Virus genome (UHGV): UHGV-0176771
Length of the DNA stretch: 64,000 nucleotides
From: a virus
Direction: 5' to 3' (one strand)
In this document: positions 41,889 to 50,193 of the stretch, piece by piece
How the letters are laid out: each line of letters opens with the position of its first letter
Position numbering within the stretch: position 1 is the first letter of the stretch
The notes under the pieces: generated by a model
What the model saw: the letters and a program-made list of their open reading frames with translations, nothing else
What the model was told of the DNA's origin: nothing
Databases searched by the model: none
Made by a program: the position numbers and the translations under genes

Positions 41889-43745
41889 TTAAATAAATCT
41901 ATCAATAAAGTCCTCTACCATAGGGGCAAGATAATTGTTATCCCAGTCTTGATTAGGATGTAAGCCATCAAATACAGGATTTGAAGCAGACCCCCCTCGT
42001 AACGTAAACATATCTTTGAAACTTTGAATATAAGGTCTAAACCCACTATTATGTGCTAAATCGAGATATGGTACTCCATAGTAGTCATATCTGTCGATTA
42101 AAGCATTGACGTATTCTGATGTGTCATTCTGCGAAAGCTCTGAATACATCCCTATTGGCAGAGGAAGCATTGCCACAAGCCTTGCTCTTGGAAAACGCTC
42201 AATCAAAGTTTTTACAGAATAATCTACCGCAGAAATAAAATTGGCTGTCTTATCCCCTGTTACAGTTCCAACCGGTATTCCTTGCAAGAAGTCGTTGATT
42301 CCTGCGAAAATAATTATCATGTCGTAGTTTCCATCGCTCGGATAATTGTCTACACGGTTACAGATGGAATCTTTTCCAACAGCAGTAGTAGTTGGTTGAA
42401 CAATAAAACCACTAGAAGATATTGCGTCTTTTGTCATATCAAAGCCTAATCTGTCTGCAAGAATATCATCCCATTTTTTCCACATTGGATTATTTTGCCC
42501 ATTTTCTTGTAATCCACGATAGTTGGACGTACTAATGGAATCTCCTATAATAAGCACTTTCTTTCCTTCCCATTTTGAAGCTCTTAACTTATAAAGAGAT
42601 AAATCGTATGGTACTGTAATCTGATTAAATTCGTCATATCCATACATAGTTTCTTCGAAAGTAAGCATGTATTTTACTGTTTTTTTTGCAACCAAAAAAG
42701 ATGGAATAACATATTTAGCACTGTTTGGAATATTATAAATAGTATTTATTATATCTCCACCACCACCATTATTAATTGCTCCGCTTCCTTGAATATATTC
42801 TTTATTCTCATCAAAAAATACAAGTGAGTACCATGTATTGTTAGGTACGCCGACATCATCACACCCATATACGTTGATTATTTTACTTTTTGAATCTAAC
42901 GAAATCATTTCTGAAACAGTAGAAAATCCACTTGCTTTTTTATACACTCCGTCTTTTCCATAGTAACCTTCGATGATCTTACTATTATCAAGCTTATTCG
43001 TACTTGTAACTAATATATTGTTTACGCTGCCGCTAGCTTCTCCGTATTCAAACCAGTTTGGTTTTCCGCTTTCATCAAGCGTTTTTATTTTTAACGCATA
43101 TCCAGCTTTGGCGTTAGAACCATCTTTAATAGCATCTATAGTTTTTAACTTTTCTACAACATTTGGTGGTTCTACTTCTTTATACGCTTCATAATTCGGT
43201 GTATCATCTCTATCAAATACCAGCATATAATTTGGTCTGCTTCCGTATTTCACTATGACAAATCTTGCATATCTAGCATTTGACGGAACAGATATGGATT
43301 GTTGAAGTGCCATATCACCATTGTTTTCATAAGAAATTAACACTTTGTCTATTGTATAGAAAAAAGTTCTAAAACATCCGCCAACAGGAACTCCAGAAAC
43401 ATCACATGTATAGAAATTTACCTTTTTAACATTCTCTAAATTTATAAATGGTGTTACTCCATAGCTTTCGGCAGCTGTTGTTTCACTCCCATCAGAGGTA
43501 GATAAATTTTTAGACCACTCTAATTTTGTAGCGTCGCAATTATTAAGCCCAACGGTATTTTGAAAAAGTTCGTGCTGTTTCTTTAACCATTCCTTTAAAG
43601 TAGATATATCATATTGATTAGTCCGTACCTGATTACTGCTCGTTGCAATCTTTTCATGTGCCTTTTTCACCCCATGCTCCAGTTTATTCATCTTCTCTGA
43701 CGAGATTACATCACCATCGCTCCATAATGTTGAATCATATTCCAC
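41889..43745 (-). CDS. Tail-fibre N-terminal module fused to an SGNH/GDSL hydrolase domain (618 aa)
   Basis: N-terminus shares the WSDGDVI..EKMNKLE motif with the 135-aa protein. GDSIS (GDSL block) and DGLHPN (DxxH block) near the C-terminus. Confidence 0.6.
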   Translation of the reverse strand: MEYDSTLWSDGDVISSEKMNKLEHGVKKAHEKIATSSNQVRTNQYDISTLKEWLKKQHELFQNTVGLNNCDATKLEWSKNLSTSDGSETTAAESYGVTPFINLENVKKVNFYTCDVSGVPVGGCFRTFFYTIDKVLISYENNGDMALQQSISVPSNARYARFVIVKYGSRPNYMLVFDRDDTPNYEAYKEVEPPNVVEKLKTIDAIKDGSNAKAGYALKIKTLDESGKPNWFEYGEASGSVNNILVTSTNKLDNSKIIEGYYGKDGVYKKASGFSTVSEMISLDSKSKIINVYGCDDVGVPNNTWYSLVFFDENKEYIQGSGAINNGGGGDIINTIYNIPNSAKYVIPSFLVAKKTVKYMLTFEETMYGYDEFNQITVPYDLSLYKLRASKWEGKKVLIIGDSISTSNYRGLQENGQNNPMWKKWDDILADRLGFDMTKDAISSSGFIVQPTTTAVGKDSICNRVDNYPSDGNYDMIIIFAGINDFLQGIPVGTVTGDKTANFISAVDYSVKTLIERFPRARLVAMLPLPIGMYSELSQNDTSEYVNALIDRYDYYGVPYLDLAHNSGFRPYIQSFKDMFTLRGGSASNPVFDGLHPNQDWDNNYLAPMVEDFIDRFI

Positions 43746-43912
43746 ATTTCCCCCCCCCTTTTTTTTAGTTATATCTTTAATTCCTTTTGTGGAAAATAAT
43801 TGTTTATCAAAATAATACAGACCTGAACTTCGTTAGCCCGTCTAAAACACAAAAAAGACCCGTAAGCTTTGACACCTACGGATCCTAAAACAATCATATA
43901 TCAAAAAGATTA

Positions 43913-44548
43913 TTACAATCCAAAAATACGAAGTAAATCCATCATATCATCATGATCAACACGTTCTGTTGAATAGAATGAAACAGAATGATAACCATCG
44001 TCATCACTTTTACTAACAGAAAAACCATGTAAGTCTTTGTTATCTACACAATCATCATCCAACAAAAAACCATACTCATCATTGTCATCATACTCGTCGT
44101 ACTCATCACAGAAGATACATCCATCACAATCATATTCCATATCATCTTCATCATTCTCATCATACAAATGCACTTCATATGCATAGTCTGCTTCAAATTT
44201 AGAGAGGACTTTCGAGTTGCAGTCATCTAATACATATACAATAGAACTGCCAGAACCGATGTAATCACCGTTACGTTTTGCTGGCTCACAAAAGATTTTA
44301 TCTTCAATAATTTCAATCAAATATTCATCAGTATATCCAGCAAACTCCGGATCATGTAATTCGCATAAAAAAAGGGAGAAGTCCATTGTACATAATTCCG
44401 AAACAATGAGACTTGCCTCATCGTATTTAGCAATAATAGAAACAATATTATTGTCATAGTTTGATTCTAGTACATCATATGTATCTACAACATCTTCACA
44501 TAATTCATAGATATTATCATATGTTTTCTTAATCATTTCTTTTTTCAA
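43913..44548 (-). CDS. Highly acidic, Cys-rich protein (211 aa); DNA-mimic/anti-restriction candidate
   Basis: Very high Asp/Glu content (e.g. DENDEDDMEYDCDGCIFCDEYDEYDDNDEYGFLLDDDCVDNKD). Confidence 0.45.
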   Translation of the reverse strand: MKKEMIKKTYDNIYELCEDVVDTYDVLESNYDNNIVSIIAKYDEASLIVSELCTMDFSLFLCELHDPEFAGYTDEYLIEIIEDKIFCEPAKRNGDYIGSGSSIVYVLDDCNSKVLSKFEADYAYEVHLYDENDEDDMEYDCDGCIFCDEYDEYDDNDEYGFLLDDDCVDNKDLHGFSVSKSDDDGYHSVSFYSTERVDHDDMMDLLRIFGL

Positions 44549-44566
44549 ATAGACACACCGCCAATC

Positions 44567-44845
44567 TTAAGCATTTACTTTATCTTTTAATTCTTTTCCT
44601 GCTTTAAATTTTACATTTTTAGATGGCTCAATGTAAATTTCGCTTCCGTCCTGTGGATTTCGTCCAGTTCTTCCAGCTCTTTCTCTTACTTCAAAACTTC
44701 CAAATCCGACGAACTGTACTTTATCTCCAGCAGTAAGTGCATCTGCAATTGAATCAAGAGTTACAGCAACAATCTCTTTTGCTTTTTCCTGTGTTACTCC
44801 GTCTACTTTTTCTGCAATTGTTTTAATTAAATCTGATCTTGTCAT
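44567..44845 (-). CDS. hup: HU/IHF-family DNA-binding protein
   Basis: 92 aa, MTRSDLIKTIAEK...GFGSFEVRERAGRTGRNPQDGSEIYIEPSKNVKFKAGKELK. Confidence 0.85.
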   Translation of the reverse strand: MTRSDLIKTIAEKVDGVTQEKAKEIVAVTLDSIADALTAGDKVQFVGFGSFEVRERAGRTGRNPQDGSEIYIEPSKNVKFKAGKELKDKVNA

Positions 44846-45046
44846 TTTATAATCTCCTAACTTTTTAAGTATTTTGTAAAATTTATTCTTCGGAAATAAT
44901 CCCGATTTTTTTCATATATTCTGTCTCTAAATCTATAATTCTCTCAATATCTGTTTTGGGATATTGACTTTTATCCATGATATAAGAAACAAGTTCTTCA
45001 TAATCCAATACTGGCAATTCATCTTTGTATTCAGTTATATACCTTA

Positions 45047-46246
45047 TTAATGAAATTTAACATCATATACACAATCTAATCCGTTGTCAGTAATAACAGA
45101 AATCAATTGCTCTGGTTTATTCTGCAATCGATTATCCAGACAATAGTTATCTGTTCCAGAAATACAACCTGATTGTAAAATTTTCACATTATAAACAGTA
45201 GACATCGCATTTACATGACGATGACCCATATATAAAATATCTGGACGTATTTGTGTCATAAGCGATAGTTTCTGCACAACCGTTTTAGGGTCATCTTTAT
45301 CTCCATGCACCGCAAAAATCTTTGTTCCTCTAACAGAAAACATTGCAATTGATTCATCAATTTTATTTTCGTGAAATTCGATATTCTTAAAGTTCTGCAA
45401 TTTGGCTTGCAAAAATGGAATAGCGAGACAGTCCATGTTCTCACCTTTTAAAGATTCTTCCTTTTTCGCATGCAACCTAGAATGATTTCCAGGACAAACA
45501 TAAACATGAACTTCATTAAATTTATAACTAAGTTCAGATAAAAATTGTGAAATACAATCCGATACGGATAAGAACTGCTCAATTAGATTTTGATTACTTT
45601 CAATACGAAGTGAGTTGTGAATTAATCCTGAAATCAGTTCACTTAGAATTACATGAATATTTTCTGATCCATGTCGCAAATAAACTTCAAAAATTTTGTC
45701 CAGATATTGTCTAAATCTGTCATACATAACATCTGTATTGTATTTATTGAACCAATTATTAATTTCTATTCCGGCGTGAATATCAGTCACAGAAATCACC
45801 ATGTCATTATTTGAATTTAAAATTCCTGTGAACTGCTTATATTTATCATAATACAGAGGCTGACCATGATATTCTGAAATCGCTCTCAAAATTTGTTCTT
45901 TATAAGATTCTTTTCGAGCCTCCTCACGAATTAATCTACGATATTCATTTCGTTCATCGCGTGTCTTGACACGTTCTTTTTCCAAAAGAATTCGTTCTTC
46001 TTTTAGTTCTTGCAACTGTGCAGCACTGTCTGTAAATTTTGACTGGTTTGCATCAAGAACCTTTTGAAAATACTGAACTTTTTTTCTGTAAGCAGATTCA
46101 GTGTAATTACAGTTAAGAAGATCGTTTAGAACCGCAGCAACATCATTCCATGTGCCGATATTTTCTTTATCATTACAGATTCTAAGAATTAACTCATCGT
46201 CACTTTCACCATCAAATCTTTTATAGTTATGTACTATAATGTCCAC
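45047..46246 (-). CDS. Calcineurin-like metallophosphoesterase with N-terminal coiled-coil region (399 aa)
   Basis: Motifs VTDIHAG, CPGNHS, AVHGDKDD, MGHRH. Confidence 0.65.
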   Translation of the reverse strand: MDIIVHNYKRFDGESDDELILRICNDKENIGTWNDVAAVLNDLLNCNYTESAYRKKVQYFQKVLDANQSKFTDSAAQLQELKEERILLEKERVKTRDERNEYRRLIREEARKESYKEQILRAISEYHGQPLYYDKYKQFTGILNSNNDMVISVTDIHAGIEINNWFNKYNTDVMYDRFRQYLDKIFEVYLRHGSENIHVILSELISGLIHNSLRIESNQNLIEQFLSVSDCISQFLSELSYKFNEVHVYVCPGNHSRLHAKKEESLKGENMDCLAIPFLQAKLQNFKNIEFHENKIDESIAMFSVRGTKIFAVHGDKDDPKTVVQKLSLMTQIRPDILYMGHRHVNAMSTVYNVKILQSGCISGTDNYCLDNRLQNKPEQLISVITDNGLDCVYDVKFH

Positions 46247-46253
46247 CTACTCT

Positions 46254-46460
46254 CTATTCTTCTGAGTCAGATGGCTCTAATAATTTAAGTTCATCTTTTA
46301 CTTTCACGTTTAATTCAATGCACTGATCAGCAAAATCAGAGAGAAGTGTTTTGATATCTTTTTCAACTCCATCAACATCAATCACCATTCTATCTGCATC
46401 AAGAATTCCACCAACTTTTAATGTTGTGGTTGTAACTTTTTTATACTGTAAATTTTTCAT
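46254..46460 (-). CDS. Hypothetical small protein (68 aa)
   Basis: ORF. Confidence 0.35.
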   Translation of the reverse strand: MKNLQYKKVTTTTLKVGGILDADRMVIDVDGVEKDIKTLLSDFADQCIELNVKVKDELKLLEPSDSEE

Positions 46461-46504
46461 ATTTCAAATTCTCCTTTAAACTAAAATAGAAGAGTAGTGA
46501 TTAT

Positions 46505-46780
46505 CTACTCTTCATCATCATAATATTCTTCAGTTTCTGGTTCATAATGAAATCCGATAGCGCATGTATCAACTTCTTCAGTCTCTGAATTTGACTGTAA
46601 CTCTTGTAATTCTGCATTGCCTTTTATAACAAGTTTTCCAGGAAGAATTTTCAGATATTCAATCCAGGAAAGAATTACATTAACTATTTCTTCTACAATT
46701 GGAAGAAATATTACGATTGTACATGCACCTAATATATATGATAATAATGTTTTATTTTTTTTCATATGCGTTACCTGCAA
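46505..46780 (-). CDS. Small membrane protein with acidic C-terminus (91 aa)
   Basis: TM helix LLSYILGACTIVIFLPIV. Confidence 0.35.
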   Translation of the reverse strand: MQVTHMKKNKTLLSYILGACTIVIFLPIVEEIVNVILSWIEYLKILPGKLVIKGNAELQELQSNSETEEVDTCAIGFHYEPETEEYYDDEE

Positions 46781-46782
46781 TA

Positions 46783-48033
46783 CTAATCCAATAAATCTGC
46801 CATTGCAGCTGTTTCGCTACGTTCTGTTTTTGATAACTGTACATATCCGAAATTTTTATGTCCTGCTAATTTCTGAACAGCTGATAATAGTCCATTATTC
46901 ATTCTATAAAGTGCATTATCAGTTTGTTTGAAATCACCATTCAGCCACAAAGAGGATCCATTTCCAATACGACCTATTAGTAATTGTACATGTTCTTTTG
47001 TCAAATTTTCTGCTTCGCTACAATATACGATTGCATTTTTCAAGTCGCGTCCTCTAATATAACCCAGATGTTCAATTTCAATATTTCCTGCCATGATTTG
47101 CATATCTAAACCAGTTTCTCCTCCCAAATGATCAGCAAGAGGCATCGCATATGGACGTAACTTCTCATCTTTTGAACCTGGTAGAAACCCGATCGCACTT
47201 GAATCTTTAACATCTACAGCGTTTCTAATGTAAATTAACTTATCAAATTTTCCCTCTTCGATAAGTTTTAATGCATTTGCAATCATTATCATATCTTTGC
47301 CTGTCCCAAATTTTCCTGAGATAACTTTAATTGTTTGCTCTTTGTTCTGCAACATATCAAAAGCAAGAACTTGTTGTGGATTAAGTGGTTTAACCTTTCC
47401 CATAAATGCAGAATTAATTTGTTTATATGAGACAGCCTTATATTCATTTCCGTCCCACTTTCTATAATCAACAACTTCTCCGTCTGATTTTTTAATAATG
47501 AGATATTCGTTCAAAATACAATCATAAATGTTTTCATTTGTATGACAATAGAAGTAACTCATTTCTTCATCAGACAATGTTAATTCTTTATATCCAAGAT
47601 ATTCGTCAAGATTTTTGACAAGGTTAATATCCGAAACTCCCTTTGTAGGAAGTTCAAAAATATTACGAGATATGAATTTACAATTTAAGTCATCAGAACA
47701 TACAAGTACTTTTGACACATTTAAATTGTAATAATAAGCAGAAGCTAAAATTATGTTGTCTGGTGTTTCAGATAAAAAATAACTATCAATTATATCTTTG
47801 ATTTTTGGAGAATATAAAACTACTTCATATTCACCATCATTCTTATCCAATAGTCTTGAAATTTGTCTGGCTTTATATTTTATTTCTCCATCTTTAGAGT
47901 TAGACACTTTGATATTTTCAATCTCTTCAAGTGTCTTTTGTGCAATAATAAATTTTTCTTTAAATGCATTTTCGCCGAGATTGAGTAATGCATTTGTGTC
48001 AAGGAATAATTTGTATTCCAATAAGGAAACCAC
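46783..48033 (-). CDS. PIN-domain + PhoH-like ATPase (YlaK-like), 416 aa
   Basis: N-terminal LFLDTNALLNL (PIN). GKFGTGKD P-loop-like. IGFLPGSKDEKLRPYAMPLADHL PhoH block. SEAENLT (DEAQN-like). Confidence 0.65.
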   Translation of the reverse strand: MVSLLEYKLFLDTNALLNLGENAFKEKFIIAQKTLEEIENIKVSNSKDGEIKYKARQISRLLDKNDGEYEVVLYSPKIKDIIDSYFLSETPDNIILASAYYYNLNVSKVLVCSDDLNCKFISRNIFELPTKGVSDINLVKNLDEYLGYKELTLSDEEMSYFYCHTNENIYDCILNEYLIIKKSDGEVVDYRKWDGNEYKAVSYKQINSAFMGKVKPLNPQQVLAFDMLQNKEQTIKVISGKFGTGKDMIMIANALKLIEEGKFDKLIYIRNAVDVKDSSAIGFLPGSKDEKLRPYAMPLADHLGGETGLDMQIMAGNIEIEHLGYIRGRDLKNAIVYCSEAENLTKEHVQLLIGRIGNGSSLWLNGDFKQTDNALYRMNNGLLSAVQKLAGHKNFGYVQLSKTERSETAAMADLLD

Positions 48034-48053
48034 CTTTCCTTCTAGTTTTAATT

Positions 48054-48299
48054 CTAGTTATTTTTGTGTTTTCTGTTTTTATGTTTCTTTGTATGTGTTG
48101 TTTCTTTGATTGACCGTGATCTAAAATTTTCTAAATCCTGCATCAATCTGAAATTTTCTGTTGCGTATTTTTTATTAGCACTTGATACTGTACGATGAAT
48201 ATGATCTCTCCATTTCCAGCCTTTGCTCAATAAATATTCGCACTCTTTGTCTGTAATAAGAACTATTTTAAACATTCCTTTCATTTCGTATTTCTCCAC
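48054..48299 (-). CDS. Hypothetical basic protein (81 aa)
   Basis: ORF. Confidence 0.35.
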   Translation of the reverse strand: MEKYEMKGMFKIVLITDKECEYLLSKGWKWRDHIHRTVSSANKKYATENFRLMQDLENFRSRSIKETTHTKKHKNRKHKNN

Positions 48300-48311
48300 A
48301 GGGGAGAGGAT

Positions 48312-48384
48312 TGCAGAGCCTGGGAGTCGAACCCAGTATTTTCAGATTATGGATCTGATGTGATAATCCGTTTCACTCGCCTGC
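48312..48384 (-). tRNA. Degenerate tRNA-like element (CAU-type anticodon loop with C33, bulged acceptor stem), possible tRNA pseudogene
   Basis: Perfect T-arm CTGGG-TTCGACT-CCCAG. Anticodon arm TCAGA-TCCATAA-TCTGA. D-arm GTGA/TCAC with GG loop. Acceptor pairs only with a 1-nt bulge. Confidence 0.35.
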
Positions 48385-48564
48385 ATATATTTGTGTTGTT
48401 TGCTCGTCCAAAACACCCATCCACAAGGACGACAAAATATATTGTTATGTGAATAGTTACATAGAACATAATAAACCTAGAGCGGCTTTCGTATTAATCT
48501 AGTGTCACCCAGATAATAATCAGCAGGTTTTTGTGCGCCACTGATTGACGGTCAGCGCAACACT

Positions 48565-48637
48565 TAAGGTGAAACAGCCCGTAGTTGATTCGAACAACTG
48601 AAATGCAGGAGTCAAAGTCCTGTGCCTTACCGCTTGG
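48565..48637 (-). tRNA. tRNA-Gln (anticodon UUG)
   Basis: Acceptor AGCCCGT/ACGGGCT perfect 7 bp. Anticodon arm CAGGA-CTTTGAC-TCCTG. T-arm AGTTG-TTCGAAT-CAACT. Confidence 0.6.
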
Positions 48638-49365
48638 CGAACGGGCTAAAATACTCCTAAGATGTTAGCAACAGCACTACCAGAACAGCAATGCTATTAC
48701 TAACTGAAAAGGAGATTAGAAATCGTCAAGTGCGCGCATAAGCACTTGATTATAAATACAAATGGAACTTCTTCCTACTCAAACATATTGTCATAATGTT
48801 CTGCCACTACTTACAAAGGGCTGAGAATAAGGGAGCTACCCTTAGACTTCCTTTGCATCTGGAAACAGTAATTGTAGTCTCGACTGGTTACGAGAAACTT
48901 TCACCCAGGTCATTCAGCAATTAACCATTTTTTATACTTGTTCTATTATCTATCTGTAATATGTATTCTTTTTCTTTTCTCACGTCACTTTGGGCTACTC
49001 GTACATTCGACAGATCTTATACTGGGATTTCTCCCGATCAACGACGCAACTGACTTATTTGGATTTCCGCTACTTATCTCTCTGTAACATTCCACCGATA
49101 CAGGCATCACGATTATTACTCCACTGGAGTCGTCTATTATGTCAGCGATCTGGCAATTGCGTTTTACGGCAATATATTATTGTACATATATTTAGTTTTG
49201 ACAGTTTCCGTCTTTCTGTTTATGATTCACATCATTCCAGAAACTGCAGTATAAAACTATCGCATTATACCGTAACTCACTATTCATATATTCTCAGCAT
49301 GGTGACAAACCAATCTGCACTGAGTTATTTGTATTTATAAGCAAGTGCTTATATTATCTACATAT

Positions 49366-49388
49366 AAAGAAAAACGGGCATGATGCCC
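49366..49388 (-). terminator. Rho-independent terminator for the minus-strand operon ending at 49432
   Basis: GGGCA-TCA-TGCCC hairpin followed by a U-run (plus-strand aaagaaaaac). Confidence 0.5.
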
Positions 49389-49393
49389 AGAAA

Positions 49394-49423
49394 CCCCGTG
49401 TTTACAAGGGTTTCAAGGGTTTT
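49394..49423. repeat. Copy A (degenerate) of the GTGTTTAyAAGGGTTTaCA motif; contains tandem CAAGGGTTT
   Basis: CCCCGTGTTTACAAGGGTTTCAAGGGTTTT. Compare the identical 23-mers at 58082 and 58182. Confidence 0.5.
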
Positions 49424-49431
49424 CTGAATCG

Positions 49432-50193
49432 TTACATGTTGTTTTCTCTATACTTTTTCACTCTAATTCTTGTTTTTTCTTTTGTAATTTCTTTTTGACA
49501 CTCATTACAATAGTTCATATTGTTGCTATTCTTTTTGAATAATTTCCCGCATAGTTTACACCTTTCAAATTTTCCTTCCCCAACAAAATTTAAATACTCA
49601 TATCCTAATTCACGAAAATCGGTTATTTTTAAAGCAGTTTCACCAGTTTTATTAACAAAATTTACTTTTAGATTCAGGTTGTCATTTTTATTTGAAAAAG
49701 AGATTAGTCCCAATTGTTCCAAATCGTTCAAATATAAAAATTTATCATTCCTATGTTTTACATGTACTCTAGAAATTTTATATATTTCTTTTATATCCGT
49801 ATTAATCCATCCATTATTTGTTTCAGATAATGTGTTGTATAATTTCGCGAAACATAACATTACAAATAAAAGCTTTCTATATTTCGTAGTGTTAACTCTT
49901 GAAATTGTGTCTAATTCAGATTGAAATATTTCAATACATTCTATTTCTCTCAATGGATATTTGTGTGCTTTATTTACAGTATTTTCAATAACATCTTCCC
50001 ATAAAGCAGCATTATAATTTTTATAATGTTTGCCCATAAAATCATTTAATTTACAAATAGTGTCTTGTTTATTTAAATTTACTTTTTGTCTATAATACCT
50101 AGATAATAGAAATAGGGTAGAAGTTGGCTTGTTGCCAACCTCCCCTTCAGAAATAAGTCTTTCTGCTTCTTTTGTCTCATTTAGTACAACCAT
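49432..50193 (-). CDS. Hypothetical protein with C-terminal Zn-ribbon (253 aa)
   Basis: CKLCGK...CNECQK. 13-nt overlap with the upstream RNAP-like gene. Confidence 0.45.
   Translation of the reverse strand: MVVLNETKEAERLISEGEVGNKPTSTLFLLSRYYRQKVNLNKQDTICKLNDFMGKHYKNYNAALWEDVIENTVNKAHKYPLREIECIEIFQSELDTISRVNTTKYRKLLFVMLCFAKLYNTLSETNNGWINTDIKEIYKISRVHVKHRNDKFLYLNDLEQLGLISFSNKNDNLNLKVNFVNKTGETALKITDFRELGYEYLNFVGEGKFERCKLCGKLFKKNSNNMNYCNECQKEITKEKTRIRVKKYRENNM

Noticed and set aside
48300-48700. tmRNA (ssrA) hypothesis because of the tRNA-like T-arm/acceptor at 48312
   Set aside because: No matching 5' acceptor strand, no tag-peptide reading frame ending in an Ala-Ala stop, and no pseudoknot pattern found. 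Better explained as a degenerate tRNA next to tRNA-Gln.
48990-49340. 116-aa plus-strand ORF in the RNA-gene region
   Set aside because: Junk-like composition (Tyr/Ser/Leu runs), no RBS, embedded in structured non-coding DNA.
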